NCBI RefSeq assembly: GCF_009914755.1 | Contig: NC_060938.1 | Strand: one strand, 5' to 3' | Source: the human T2T-CHM13v2.0 reference genome, Homo sapiens | Length of the DNA stretch: 64,000 nucleotides | In this document: in pieces, positions 44,046 through 61,200 of the stretch | Layout: each line of letters starts with the position of its first letter | How positions within the stretch are numbered: position 1 is the stretch's first letter | Made by a program: the position numbers and the translations under genes | Notes under the pieces: generated by a model | What the model was told of the DNA's origin: nothing | Database searches by the model: none | What the model saw: the letters and a program-made list of their open reading frames with translations, nothing else

Positions 44046-45977
44046 GAAGTAAGTAATTTACATTTAATTTCCATCAGTAATATATTTCAAACAGGTTACT
44101 TACATGTCCCAGTGGAAAAGAGATAAAGGAGAAAAAATAATTTTATTTACATGTAATTGAATATTGATGCATTTTTTGGATAGTGCCAATAGAACAGTGA
44201 TATTTGAACACAGTTTTATGAGGTTAATCTACCCCTAGAAAACCTGAAATTACATATGGCTCAAAATAAATAAGTTTTTCATAGAAAAGTAAAACCCAGG
44301 AGCCACTATTGATAGGTTCCTATGTTAAAATACTATGAAAATATAAAATTAAATATTATGAAAATGTAAAATGTAAGCTACAATGTTTCTATAATAAAGA
44401 ACTTCTAGTTAGTAAGGACAGAGAATACAATGTCAAAATCTAGCTATATATGTATATAGAAGTATATATATACACATCATCAAGTATGTATGTATACAAC
44501 GATAATATACAATTGTACATGCAATGGTATATACAGCATTGTATACATACATACTTACTAAGTTTTTTGAAAATTTCAATGGTACAGAGTGTTTATTTGG
44601 AGTCCAGTAATATATTAACAATATGTGAGCATTAGTTGCATTTGCTGATTTGTCTTTTAATTCAGCATTTTTATATTTTAAGATTCTTAATGGAGGATCC
44701 TCTGGGATATACTCATTTTCTAGTTCACATATGACTAAATGTGGTCATATTTGCTGATTGTGTAAAGAAATAAATATTAATTCTGACTGGTTTTGAAATA
44801 AGAACCCTTGGGGCACCTCTTCTTCCTTCCATTTTTAGATACCTCTGTTATAGGCTTTAACACTTGGGTGGAAGTGTTTTTAAAGGAGCTTATGAAGATT
44901 TGGAAAAGATTTTATTTTTAATATCCCAGATTGCATCCTCTGCATTGGGTTGGTTTTGTTACATGTGCTCCATCTGTCTCAGAGATATGAAAACTCAGTA
45001 GAGGAAAAATGGAAAGGGCAAAATTGTTTGCCTTGTTTTATAAAATTTCTGAAAATTATTTCATATGTAAGCTCTAGTGCATGGATTCCTTCACTTCTAA
45101 CTTCCACAACACTACCCAGGTGCCTGTCAATCTGCCAAACGAGGTGCATTGGCTCCAGGCGCTTGTGCCTTTCAAAGCAGGGAAAGGGGATATTGCTTAG
45201 TTGTCTCCTGGTTGGAAAGTTCACAGGATGGAAAGCCTTTTACCCAGCCACTACTTTGAAAGAGATCAGTAAGGCTTCTTATCACTTCAGGTGAATTTAA
45301 TGAAATGCACATATTAGTTCTTTTATTATGAATTTCCTCAAAGGAGAATATAATCAATTTACTTGCAGGCTACAGTTGATTTGGGATTTATGATCTCTTT
45401 CTTCAATGTTTCAAGCTAAGTACTGGATTTTTTAAAATATGAAAAAAAATTTCTCTCCCTATCCCAGCTATACCTGGCAGTGAAAAAAGTTGAAATTTTG
45501 CTTCTCACTAGACATTGCATGTAATTTCAACCTCCTATTATCTTTTTTTTTTTTAAGTGACCGGAGAACAAAAAACTACTAATGTTTTTTGTTTCTCTGA
45601 AAATCAGCTGGTTACATCTAATTGGAGCATTTCAATGGATTGCGTGTCTGGGAGATTTAAGTGCTTTTTTCTCACCCTACCATTATTCACCATTATATTT
45701 ATGTATTTATTGAGTGTCTTGTAGCCTTGCAATGTGAACATCTGGAGACTAAAGATCTTCTATGATGTATGTAGCACTGAATAAGATATGGATTCTTCAG
45801 TAATATCTCAAAAGGGACTTTAATCTGGAGCTATAAAATTCAAACTTTTTTGGTATGTGTTGAATTGCAAATGATTCTTTGAACAGAATCAACCTTCAAC
45901 AAGCCTAACTCACAATCCCCAACTTTATGAACCTACCAAATTGAGGTGATGTTACCATCTTGGTTTGTTAATTTTAG

Positions 45978-46302
<325 letters not shown>

Positions 46303-46639
46303 TAGAATTACTATAAACAGAGTATTTTCAATCAAAAGTAGATTGTTGGAGAAGGTGACATTTAAAGCTGGCGTTACAGTTTGTAGGTTTTACAAATCAT
46401 GGCTCTAGCTTACAAATGTACACATTAGTGCCTATTCCACATAATATCAGATTTTCTCTTGTCCTGTGACTCATCTTAGAGCTCTACTCACTTGTCATCA
46501 ATATCTCCTATCCTGTTACAAGACCTGGTCATCACCTATAATTGCTTCTCCTCTGAAATCTTGAACTTTGAAATTCCACTCTGTCCTCAACCCCATACCC
46601 TTTCCCTCCCCTACACCTTCATCCTGCCAAGTTTCAGTC

Positions 46640-46949
46640 TTTTTTTTTTTTTTTTTTTTTTTTTTTTGAGACAGAGTCTCGCTCTGTTGCCCAGGCTGGA
46701 GTGCAGTGATGCAATCTCGGCTCACTGCAACCTCTGCCTCCTAGGTTCAAGCAATTCTCATGCCTCAGCCTCCTGAGTAGCTGGGATTACAGGTGCATGC
46801 CACCATGCCCAGCTAGTTTTTGTATTTTTAGTAGAGACTGGGTTTCACCGTATTGGTCAGGCTGGTCTCGAACTCCTGATCTCAAGTGATCCACCTGCCT
46901 CAGCCTCCCAAAGTGCTGGGATTACAAGTGTGAGCCACTGTGCCCGACC
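46640..46949 (-). mobile_element. AluS
   Basis: Antisense dimer; TSD AAG(T/C)TTCAGTCTT. Confidence 0.93.
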
Positions 46950-47293
46950 AAGCTTCAGTCTTAACAAAGCATCTGACCTTCAGCCTTCCCATTGAATGAC
47001 CTCCAGAACTCTTGGCTTGAAGGACAGTTCTTTGACTTGCTGGCACAGCCCACCAACAAATTCTCAATCTTGGATCCACCTACCCACCTGCTTTCCTTGG
47101 CTCTTTATATTACTGGAAAAAAAAATTACATAATTATACAGTCAGGTGCTCATATAGATTTTTAATTTCAAACCTCAACTGAACAGTCAAGATCATCTGA
47201 AAGTTTTTGATCATCCTTAGTTGGCTTTCTGTACAACCTGCCTGCTCTGAAACATGTGGGACTATGAATCACTGGCAGTTATGACAGAGCTAA

Positions 47294-47605
<312 letters not shown>

Positions 47606-47773
47606 GCTAACTATCTTCTTAAAAAGTATTTTCTCCCTGGATTTCATGTGAACCAGACTGTTCACATTTTTTGGTGTGTGTTTTCCCTCTCTTATTTTTA
47701 TTTTCTTTTGCCGTTTTCAGGAAGTAAATAGGTTACTTTCTGGGAGGAGAAGTAAAGCGTTTAAGGGAATCAC

Positions 47774-48170
47774 AGCTGGGTGCGGTGGCTCACACTTCTA
47801 ATCCCAGCACTTTGGGAGGCTGAGGTAGGCGGATGGATTGAGCCCAGGAGTTTGAGACCAGCCTGGGCAATATGGTGAAACCCTGTCTCTGCAAAAAAAT
47901 AAAATAAAATATATATATATATATATAATATATATAATATATAAACATATATATAAATATATATATATACACACACACACACACATATATATATAGCCAG
48001 ACATGATGGCGTGCCTCCTCAGGAGGCTGAGGTGGGAGGATCACCAAAGCCCAGGGAGGTAGAGGCTGCAGTGAGCCCTGATGGTGCCAATGGACTCCAG
48101 CCTGGGTGACAGAGTGAGACTGTCTCTAAGAATAAGAAGGAGGAGGAGGAGGAGGAGGAGGGAGGAAGAA
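47774..48170 (+). mobile_element. AluJ with expanded (TA)n(CA)n linker and (GGA)n tail
   Basis: The two arms are separated by ~100 bp of microsatellite; TSD GAATCACA. Confidence 0.88.
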
Positions 48171-48667
48171 AGAATCACAAAAGATTCACTACATACCTAT
48201 GATGTGCCAAGCACTGTTGTAGGTGTTGGTGATTCAGCAGTGAACAAAACAAACAGCTCTGTCCTCATAGTCTATATTTTAGTAACAAGGGATAGATGAT
48301 AGGCAAATCAGTAAAATGTGTGCTATGGTAGAAGGTCATAGGTAAGAATGTAGAGTCCTGGAATGGTGGTGGAGGCTGTGGGGCTGCTATGGAAAGTGTA
48401 TGAGGTGCTAGCTTAAGCCAAGCTGCCTGGGTTCAAATTCCAGGTCCAACACTTACTACATGTGTGACCCTGGGCAAGTTAGCTGGCTTTCTCTATCTAT
48501 AAAATGATGATTATCATAACACCAACATCTTAGGGTTGTTATAAGGATTAAATAACTTAATAACATACAAAGCATTTCCCTTTGTAGGTGCTATGTAACT
48601 GTCAGCTACCTCATTTTAAGCAGTGGTTTCACTGTGGCCAACACATCCATAACCGGTGTCCTAGAGG

Positions 48668-49502
<835 letters not shown>

Positions 49503-49601
49503 TTGTAATAGGAGGATTTGGTTCTCAGGGCACAGTCGAAACAGAAGGCTTTCCCTCTCAGGAACATATTAGAGAATGCAGCATTTATGATTATAAATGC
49601 A

Positions 49602-49950
49602 TGGTTATGGGCTAAATGTTTGTGCTCTCCCCCAACCCCCGCTTCGTATGTTGAAGCCCTAACCCCCAGTGTGATGGTATTTGGAGACAGGGCCTTTGGG
49701 AAGTGACTTTGTTTAGATGAGGCCATGAGAGTTGGATCCTCATATGAAAAATCAGACAGCCTCCTCTCTCTCTCCCCTCCATGTGAATATATAAGCAAGA
49801 AGGTACCTGTCTACAAGCCAGCTAGGGAGCCCTGACCAAAACTCCACCCTGATCTTGAACTTTCAGCCTTTAGAACTGTGGGAAATAAACTTCTGTTGTT
49901 TAAGCCACCTAGTGTATGGTATTTTGCTATAGCAGCCTGAGCTAAGACAC
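49602..49950 (+). mobile_element. MLT1A-type MaLR LTR
   Basis: tatgttgaagccctaacccccagtgtgatggtatttggag ... agcagcctgagctaagaca. Confidence 0.8.
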
Positions 49951-50216
49951 ATTTTTTCTTTCTTAATGGGAATCACGTGAGATAGAAGTACAGCATTTCT
50001 ACAAGTAGCAAGAAGGTCTGTGTGTGAAGTTGCAAGCTGGGACTACAGGCATCATCTTGCTGTGTTGCCCAGGCTGGTCTTGAGCTCTTGGGCTCAAGTA
50101 ATCCTCCTGCCTTGGCCTCCCAAAGTGCTGGGGTTACAGGTGTGAGCTGCCACACCTGGCATAACATCATTTTTAAGTAGTGATGAACATAAATGATATT
50201 TGAAAATATCTGCAAC

Positions 50217-50554
<338 letters not shown>

Positions 50555-51847
50555 GAAAATATCTGCAACAACTGAAATGTGAGGTGGAAATATGGTGTGG
50601 AAAATCTGTGATTCTATTGACAACAAAGTCATAGATATTGCTAACATTACTATAGTCATTTTCTTAACATTAGTAATTGAAGAAGATGATAAACTTTAGT
50701 AGGAGGGAAGTGAAAATAAAGATACAATGCTTTTCCTACACAAGTGTACAGACCCCTGAGCTCTGGCCAGGTGAACAACACCTGTTGTAAAGTGATCCCT
50801 GGCACTCACCTCCTCTTTTCCATTCCTCCTGCCACTGACCTAATTAGAGTCCCATCTCCACATGGACTCACCACAGCCACCCAAACTGAGTCCTCCCCTT
50901 TCTCCTAAGCCTGCTGTTATTCCAGTGTTCCCTGCGTACCTGAGAGGAGCTGCTGCCACCCACTCATCTATGCCAGAAGCTGAGCATCAGGCCTCCCTCT
51001 CCACATCCTATTTAGATGGAGTCCTGACTCCTCAACGGAGCTCAGGTTTGCCACCCTCTCCACCCACCTCCAGTGCCTGCCTTCTTCGTTAGGTGACTAC
51101 AACAGCCTCCACACTGCTGTCCTCGCCTGGCCTCACCAATCCTTCTTGCAAAGGCACAGACCTATTTAGAACCCGGGTTGGATCAGGGTGCATGGCTGTT
51201 TTCATCCTCCTGGCTGTCTTCAGGATGAAATTCAGGCTCCTCAGTGTGGTGTGGCTTTCTGTCCACCTTTCCAACCCAGCTCCTGCAACTCTGTGTTCCA
51301 GCCACCCCTACTTTCTTGAGTTATCCAAACTGCAGGATGATCAAGGGGTTAAAAGTGGGGGCTCGAGAGCCAGCGTGCCTTAGTTCAAATCCCAGCTCCA
51401 TCAGTCACCGACTGGATGGCCTTGGTAACGTCCCTCGGCTCCTCTGTGCCTTAGGGACCTCAGCTTCAGAATGGGAGTGATGAGAGCAATGGCTGTGCAG
51501 GGCTGTGGGGATGCAGTGATATACCACATGAGAACCATGCAGGGCAGGGCCGTGATGTATAGAAAAGCTTAGCACGGGGGCCTTGCTATGAAATCCTGTT
51601 TCCCTGGGGAAATAGCCTTTCTCTTGGTCTCTGCTCATCTAATGAGTCCTTTAAGCTGCAGGCATCTCCCCATCCTGAAAACCTTCTCTGACCTGGGCTG
51701 GGCTGAGCTGGGCTGGCTGCTCTGGACTTCATTGCCCACCTGCCCAACACCACAGGCTCATCACTTACCTGTGTCCTGCATTGAACATGTAGTCCTCCAG
51801 GCAGGGAATGTGGCACCCTCATTCATAACCCAGGTGCTGCCTAGAGC

Positions 51848-52116
51848 CAGAAATTTACTTCTCACAGTTTTGGAGATTGGGAAGTCCAAGATCAAGGTTC
51901 CGGCAGATGTGCCTGGTGAGGGCCTGCTTTCTCATAGATGGAGCCTTCTCTCTGTGTCCTCACGTGGTGGAAGGGGCAAACGAGCTTTCTCCTGCCTCTT
52001 TTATAAGGGCACTAACCCCATTCATGAGGGACCTAATCACCTTCTAATAACATCACCTCTGGGGTTAGGCTTTCAGCATATGAATTTTGGGCAGACACAA
52101 ACACTCAGACCATAGC
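51848..52116 (-). mobile_element. MLT1A-type MaLR LTR fragment
   Basis: cagaaatttacttctcacagttttggag...aagtccaagatcaagg...acactcagaccatagca. Confidence 0.75.
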
Positions 52117-52445
52117 AGAGGCTGAATGGAGAGAGAGAATACAAATCAAAGGACAAAAGTTCTAATGAAGATAAAGAACAGCTAGTTCTCTTCCCCTCTC
52201 TGGACAATTTGCTTTTCAGAGTATTGTAAATACGTGGACTTATCTTACTGTTTCTCTGAGTGGTCCTGTCTGTACTGAGTCCTTTCCTGGCCAATGCTTG
52301 GGCCTGACAGCATCAGATTTCTGAAAAAGAGAGGAAAAAAAAGTCATGGGAGAAGGGGGGCTGGGCAGAGGAAGGAAGCTCTCAGCCTCCTCCTCAAAAA
52401 TAGGTCTCCAAGGACACTATAGCCATTTCAAACTCTTTTAGCTAA

Positions 52446-52804
<359 letters not shown>

Positions 52805-52951
52805 CAACTTAAGTATATTTTTAAGAACAGAAAAAACCCACTTGCTGTGCTGAGTCCTGGCTGAGGCATGTCCAACATAGCAATAGTCCTGACTTTAGTT
52901 AGAGCTGTCCTCTTTCCTTTATTTTTTACATTACAAAATAATTCATTTCCA

Positions 52952-53112
52952 TCCTGGCATGGTGGCTTGCACCTGTAGTCCCAGCTACTGGGGAGGCCAA
53001 GGTGGAAGGATCAGTTGAGCCCAGGAATTCTAAGTGACAAAGAGCTATGACTGCACCACTGCACTTCAGCCTGGGCAACAGAGTGAGACCCCCATCTTTA
53101 AAAAAATAAAAG
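52952..53112 (+). mobile_element. Alu monomer (FRAM/FAM-like)
   Basis: Single right-arm-like monomer. Confidence 0.75.
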
Positions 53113-54096
53113 ATGCACAATTAAAGAAATAAATACAATAAATTCATTTCTTGGGAAAAGATTAAACAATACAAAAGTGTAGAAAATAAAAAGCAAAACT
53201 GTATAAATAAAAAGCCTTATTTCCCTGATCCTAGTCCCCAGAGATAGTCCCTGTCTCAGTGTGGATTTTAAATACGCATATGGAGGGTCAAAGTTACAAA
53301 TCCAATATGGCATCGGAAATGTAAAATTATGCCTAGACTTGTCTAGAGAGTCGAGCTGGATGGAAATGCTACAATAAATGCACATTTCTTTTGTAGTGGA
53401 AGAAATAAGCTATCTAGAATACAATACATACAAGGAACTCTTTTGATCAGGGAGGGCCTGAGGTTCAGGAGTGGCTGTGCAGTTTGACTCCTGGCTCTGA
53501 GCTTTCTCATTGGCTACTCAACAGGTCACTGCCAGGTAGTGTCCCACACCCAGACAGAGGGGTAACCAACCACCCAATGCAATGAGGCTGCCCATCCTCG
53601 GGGAGCTGGATTGTTTGGTTTTAAAATGCCTGGGCTGGAAGTGCATGCTGGGATGGGGGGAAGCAAGCTGACCCGGGGCTGAGCAGGAAGGGCCCAGGAG
53701 CCTGCCTGGGAGCTCACCCCTCCCCAACCCTTCTCTTTAAAGCCACCATCATTCTTCCAACTTGTCAAGCCACACCAAGGCCAAGGGAAGCACAGCACCG
53801 GTAGGCTAGGGCTTTGGAAAGCAGAGGCAACAGCTGTGCGAGGGGAAAGCTCCGGGCAGGAGGCAGCCCTGGCTGAGTCTAAAAATAAAACCCGGCCTGA
53901 CAGCCTGACAAAGGGGCTCTTGTCAGGCGCAGCAAGAGGGGCTGTCCTGGCCGCCCTTGTGAGGCTGTTCTGGGGCCATGTGGGGAATCCCTCCCTTTCT
54001 GCCTTTGGGGTGTCATTCTCCAACGGCCTCTTCAGGTGGACCAGGCTGTCCTCAGTAAACAAGCCGCCTCAGCTGGGGGTTTAAAGATGGATCGGC

Positions 54097-54141
54097 CGCG
54101 CCACTGCACTCCAGCCTGGGCGACATAGCGAGTATCCGTCT

Positions 54142-54175
<34 letters not shown>
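54097..54175 (+). mobile_element. Severely 5'-truncated young Alu (46 bp plus A33)
   Basis: CGCGCCACTGCACTCCAGCCTGGGCGAC...CCGTCTC followed by pure poly-A; perfect 14-bp TSD AAAGATGGATCGGC. Confidence 0.95.
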
Positions 54176-54177
<2 letters not shown>

Positions 54178-56914
54178 TGGATCGGCTGTGGTACCTTTGT
54201 GTACAGACTCTCCTGTCTGCAGTGAAAGTGAAACCGGGTACACGCCCATCTTGCTCTTCAGAGATGGGCGATCTGCCTGTGCCATACTAGAACAGCAGCT
54301 CCAGATAGGCAGGGATGAAACACATCCGTCTTTGGGAAGGAAGAAGGAGTGCCGCTGTGTTTCCCCATTTTATAAAAAGGAGCCCTTGGAACCGATTTGC
54401 TCTCAAGATGTTGTCAGCTCCAGGCCAAAGTGGGCTCCCCACAAAGGCAGTCCTTTTACTCTCTGCACCGCACAGAGCTCGTTTTCTGAGCCTGTGGGGT
54501 GGGAATATCCCGCCTGTGCTCCCCGGGTTTCAACTCGGCTGGTCAGGAGGAAGTTTCTCAGCTTTAAAATGATCAAATTCCTCAACGGATTGAAAAAAAA
54601 ATGTCAATAGAAAAAGCAAAAACATCAGGGAAATTAGAAAATTAAGCACTAATGAGGAGCAGGAAACATCTGCTAGAAGGAATTCCTCTAGTATTTAATT
54701 TTAAAGGTTTTAAAAATGTGTATCTTTTTGGTGTAAATAATTTTAAAACAGAGCTAGCCGGCATCTCAATCTCTAGATTCAAACTTTCTGGCTCCAAGGT
54801 GTCACCATTGTTTGTGCTGCTCATCAGCTCACTGCTGCCCCCGCGTGTCTGATCTAAAAATCACAACACAGAGCTTGTTATCAATTTTATGCTTTGCAAA
54901 TAAATGGAGAAAAGTCCCACCCACCCCCGCCCCCAACCTATTAGCTCCCATGACAACAAACGGTATAGAATGAAAGCAATGTTTTAGCTTGTTAGTGACA
55001 GCTGCATAACCCAGGTGAATTTTCAACAAGTCTTTCATTCGAGAAGATATCATTAGATTACTTTTTTTTTTTTTTTTTGCAATTCATTGAGCCTTTGCTG
55101 AAAGGATAAATTTAATTCTTAGAGGGAGTGGTTATGGTTATATTAGTGATGTAAGTCTTACTAATGATATCCTCTTCCTGAGAAACTACATGAGTTACTT
55201 ATTGACCTGCATTAGAGTTTATTTTATAACATTACATAAAAACCCTACATTTAAGATGATTGAAAGTTTGCTTTCAATCACAAAGAGTCTGTGATGTGAG
55301 AGAATTTCTGACATAAGGCTCAAACATTAACCAAAGGGCAGCTTCTTTGTGTTCACCTGGTACCTTTGTCTGTAGTGAGCAGATTGGATCACTGTTTTGA
55401 TGTGAAACTAGTCTGCCTCTGTGATTTCTACTGAGGACCAATTTTTCCTATTTCTTGCTCATCTATGTAGTTTATCTGAGCCACTTTTTGCTTTATAAAA
55501 ACTGGGACCACACAGAATATCATGCTGCTCTAGAGGCAATTTGGAAAGTGCCTTCCATCCTGAATAGATCAGGGGGACTGCTTCTTTATGCAGAAAGGAC
55601 ACAGTCCCCTCTTCAACATTACCTGTATGGAAGAAATGGCCACTTGTTCCCAATACTTACACCAGAATCTTCCTATATATACTTTAGTGAGACTTCCCAA
55701 AGTCATCCACTAAAACCTGAATGCCATTTATGGATCTTAATGATCTTTCACTGTTCAATCTAAAAACAGCTCTGGAAGAGAGGGCTGAGGCTTTACCTCC
55801 TACCAAAGCAATCAAACAAGTCTGGTTAAAGTCAGTGCCCACATAGGGCCTATGGGGGCAGATTCTTTTAGATCCAACCCCAGTGTACTCCCAAAGGAAA
55901 GCTGTGAAGGGCATGGTCTGAATGGGCAGCTGATATTACTGTAAGAAGAGCACTTGGTAGAATGTTCATCATGTCTTGGAATTTTTTCAGTCACCTGTGT
56001 GAGGTTCCTGTGAACTAGGTTAAGACCAGCTTTACCACTCTGCAAGGTAAGGCAGAGATTATGGGTCACAAAATGAGATACAAGTTCAGTATTTCTTGGC
56101 TATTGACATTGCTCTGACCAAGTCTTCCCTGTGTTTCTAGTAACATTCCAGGTTCAGCACATCTACAGACATTTAACCCTAAGAGGCAAGGTGCCTATCA
56201 ATATCTGGAAAGGCAGCTGACAACCTTGGCAGCAGGGACTTGCGAATTTCTACATAGGAGGAGTGCTGAGGTGACTGGAGAGAATGCCTTGAGGTTGCAT
56301 TTGCATTCAAGCACACTGTTTTCTATTGTGTATTTATTACGGGCGGCTCTGAGGGTCGCTGTTGGAGCTGCCCATTGGAACTGTCATTGAAGAGAATTCA
56401 GTTGGTCATTCTTTCAGTTTTTCAAACAATAGGCTCATTCTAAATATAGAAACATGGTGTGAAGAGTTTATTCAGCCTAAGTTGAAGTCTGTTCAACAGA
56501 CCAGGGGATCTATGGTTGTGTAACAGTTTTAGAAATCTGAGTAGGGAGACGCCTGCAATGCCTGCAAGTCTTCAGGCTTGTCAGTTCAGCCTGGAGAGGT
56601 CCCCTTCTCTAAGTACTCTCAGGAGGGAAGAAGCAGAGGTCCTGGAGTCCAAGCCTGCCTTAACCTTGTGTCTTTACCTTTGCCACTGACCCCTGCCATG
56701 TCCATTCTCCTGACCACCATCCAGTTGGGACCATGCTACTTAATTGCTGTATGTGTGTCTGTAGAGGAGTGGAGGTGACTGAGGACCTAGTGGGAGTTAT
56801 TGAAGCTATAGAATAAATACAGCACATCTTCTTGGAATGTTGATTTTACTCAAAGCTTAGGAACATGTACAGTTTTATTAAAATAAATGACAATATATCA
56901 TAGAGTGTGAATTT

Positions 56915-57340
56915 GTTGGGATTAAATTCGGCTATAAGTAACAGAAAAATCCAAAGTAACAGTGGCTTAAGAAAATGGACATTTCTGTTTTCCTCATACT
57001 GACAAGTTTGAGAGGGCTGGTATGGCCATCCACAGGGTCAAAGACACAGCTCCTCTGTCTTGTTGTTTTGCCTTGAGTAGCTTCCATACTCAAAGATATC
57101 TCCTGGGACAAGATAGCTGCCAGAGAAGGAGCCTTTAAATTTGTGTTCCAGACAGCAGGAAGGAGGAAAGGATTTACCTTTAGGGAGGCTTCTGAGAAGT
57201 CATATATATCACTTCCTTTATGTCACATGGCTACAACTATTTGCAAGAGAGAGTTGGAGAAGTGGTCTTTATTGGAGGCAGGTGTTTGCTACCTGAAATT
57301 TCATAGTCCTATGGCTGTAAAAGAAGGGAAATGAATGTTG
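56915..57340 (-). mobile_element. Old MLT1 LTR
   Basis: ggctataagtaacagaaaaatcc...cagtggcttaa; gtcacatggctacaact. Confidence 0.6.
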
Positions 57341-57575
57341 GGGTAATTTAAACAAAGTCTCAGGTGATGCTGGTGCAGCTGATCCAAGGACCATACTTTG
57401 AATAGCAAGGAACATGATCTTGCATGATCTGGCTCCTGGCTATTTCTCCAATCTTATCTCCTTTCTCTCCCCCTGTCAGTACCAATGCTTCAGCCACACC
57501 AGCTTTTTTGATGGGTCTTGATTACTTCCAGCTTGTACCCTACCTGGGAGTCCTTGAACTTGCTATTACTTCTAG

Positions 57576-57911
<336 letters not shown>

Positions 57912-57951
57912 GGAACTCCACTCTTAAATCTTGTCATTAAGATCTCAGATA

Positions 57952-58244
<293 letters not shown>

Positions 58245-61200
58245 ATCTCGGATAAAGTAGTTTTTGTATTATCTGATTTGGTTTTGATAGCACTAATCTG
58301 AATTTATATTATTTATTTGCATGATTGCTTTTTGTCTTCCCCCTCTAAAATGTCAGCATAATGAGAGGAGGAAAATTATTTGTCTTGGTCAACTTTGAAT
58401 CTCCAACACTTAGAAGAGTATTTAGCTCATGTGCTCAATATATGTTTATAGAATAAATGAGCAATAATAAATAGTCTCCCTAATGATAATATTAGTTCCT
58501 GAGTTCAGGGGCCATGACTTATATTTTCCCTTTCCTCTACAAGGCTTCATGTGCTGGGCTATGTACAGCTGGCATTTGATGAATGCTTGCTGAGTGGGGA
58601 TTGCACAAGAGAAGGACTACCTGTTTAATCTCTAGATGGGTCAGGGGTGGGGTGGGGTGGAATCACACCTTTACACATGACATGACAACTATGCTAAGCA
58701 TAGAACTTGCCTCTGGGTGGGGGAGGTGAAAACAGGGCAGCAGACCCCAGACCAGGCCAGCTTAGTGCACCTTTCAGCCCTTTCACTTGCCCTGGTTTCT
58801 TTCCTGTTATCCTGCAGTTCAGAATTGTATAGGTGCAAACTAGAGAGTGCCACAGGGGCCTATGGAGAATGTATGTGATGGAGTTTCATGGACTGGCTGC
58901 AGTACAGATTCAAGTTTTTCCATTATTTACAAAATACGTATTTAGCACCTGCTTTGTGCCAGACATTATGCTAGGTGCTGGAGATACACACAGCCTGTAT
59001 GTGTGAAATTTTGTTCTAAACTTAACAAGTAACACCAAACACAAAAAAGATTCCTGATTTAGATAGTGCAAGACTATAGAATTGCATGTGAAACACTGTA
59101 GCCCTTCTGCTGAAAAATTGTTTAAGTGGTCACCTCGCAAAGCTACCCAACACTCACCTCCGGATTAATGAGCTGATATTTGCTAAGTAACTTGTGATTG
59201 CTGGGTTGGGAGGACTCCTTTGGGAGTTCTCATCCTCTTTGACACTTAGCAGGCAGGAGAAGGAAGAACATTATCCACCCCCACTCTCACCCACTCCTTT
59301 GTCTCTCGCTCTGCAAGGAAGGGTATGAGTCTCCTGCTGGTATCAATTTTTAATTGCTTTTGGTAGGCGGTGAAGTAGAACAGGATAACTGCATGGACTC
59401 CTAGGTACATTTGTGTATCTATTCGTATTTATTAGTAATTAAACTTCTATGTTGGTCTATAAGCCATAATGTTGATGATTGTCTTTGTAAATGAATGCAT
59501 GCAAATACGCCCAGGAGCCTGACAAAGAGAGTATCAAATACACTCATTAATAAATAATACCAATACTGTGCATTTGTAGGCTGAATTTTTTTTTAACTTC
59601 AAATAAGAGCTTTCATATCTATGATCTCATCTCACGCTACATATGATTATTTTAAAACTCCTCTCTAGGGGCAGGTTGTTCCTTGCATGCTAAGCCAGGC
59701 CATGTGAAGATAATGAAGTCCCGCCTCGGGCTACCGGACACCGTTTGTACCATCAGGCCATCCTGTCCAAGGCTCCTGGGGTCTTTGCCTGCTTGTTTAA
59801 ACACTGAAGGCCAAGATGAAAAAGTACACTAATTTCAAGCTGTGCTGGGAGCACATATACACTCGGACATGAGCAGGGGAACTGAGGAAATGAAGCTGCT
59901 TTCAGGACCATCCTCGGAGATTCTCTAAACGATGAGGAACAGATTAATTCAAACTGATGGCAGGGATTCAGAAAGCCCAGAATTACAGACCCGTCATCTT
60001 TTAGGACTGAAAACCAGTTCCTGTTTACTTTATCTACAGCTATGACTTTTTTCCTGTCTTCACAATTTCTTCATGTGCGCTTGCATTAACGGGAAGATAT
60101 TTTTACATCATCTTGCTTATCTTTTATAATAGCTTTTCCTGTTGAACTTCAATAGGCTAAAAATTCAGTGTCATTATTTATCCTAAGACTGAAGAACTGC
60201 ACATCTTGGAAAAGCCCTTACTCTGAATTTATTAGAGGGGCATTTAAAAAAATAAAGAGAAGTCAAGAAAATAAAATAATCTCTGATTGGGAGGCTCTCC
60301 CTGCCTCTCTGTCTCCATAATCCTAAACCAGCTGTGGTGTTCCCAGATCACAAACATTTAGGCTTGTGTCCACTGTAAAGGTTGCTTCAGAATTTTCTAC
60401 CTGGATGTCTGTATATCCAGATATGAAATGACTGGACACTGTAGGTGGTGATAAATTCTTCCACCCTGATTACTCATGAAGCAGAAATAATTAGTGCCTA
60501 CCTAACCTGTGAATAACTATTTGAATTCTGCTATTTTCAAGGGTAAGTGGAAGAACTAGTAACCCAGTTTATAACTACCAGTTGGCCCGATCACCTTTGC
60601 CTCAAAGACCTGCCCCTTGGGATGCTGTGATAGGTTTAGTTTTTGCCAAGTACCAGTGCTATTTGATAGTCTCACCTTGCCTGCTCTTTTGTATAAGTGT
60701 AGCCCATGCTGTGCATTGCACGCAGTGGGTACTTAATAAATACTGAATGAATGCAGCTTATCATCCATCATTTGGTCTGTTTCGGTCTCAGTTTCCTCTA
60801 TGTAAAGTGAGATTATTAGCAAATGAGTGCTTATGTATTTTCCAGCTTTAACATTCTATGGGATCTCTGGATAGCCATTTTAAATTACCTCGTATCTCCA
60901 AGGCTGTTTCTAAGCAACACAGTAATACTTCCCTGGAATCCTTGCCTGACCTCTTCAGCCCACACAGGTGTGTCTCACTGGGCCTTCTTATTATCTGGTG
61001 GTACTCCTCAGGTTGTTATTTAGCTTTTCATATATGTAGGTCCTTCCCTTGCAATTAGAGTGTAGGCTTCCAAAGCTAGATACTATATAAAATATACAAA
61101 TAAAGACATATCACCCGAAGGCTTAATCTTAATGTTTTCTAGAGGGAATACTGGGCTTCAGAAAACAGAAGAATCAAGATAAATGTCAAGTTTGTGGTTA

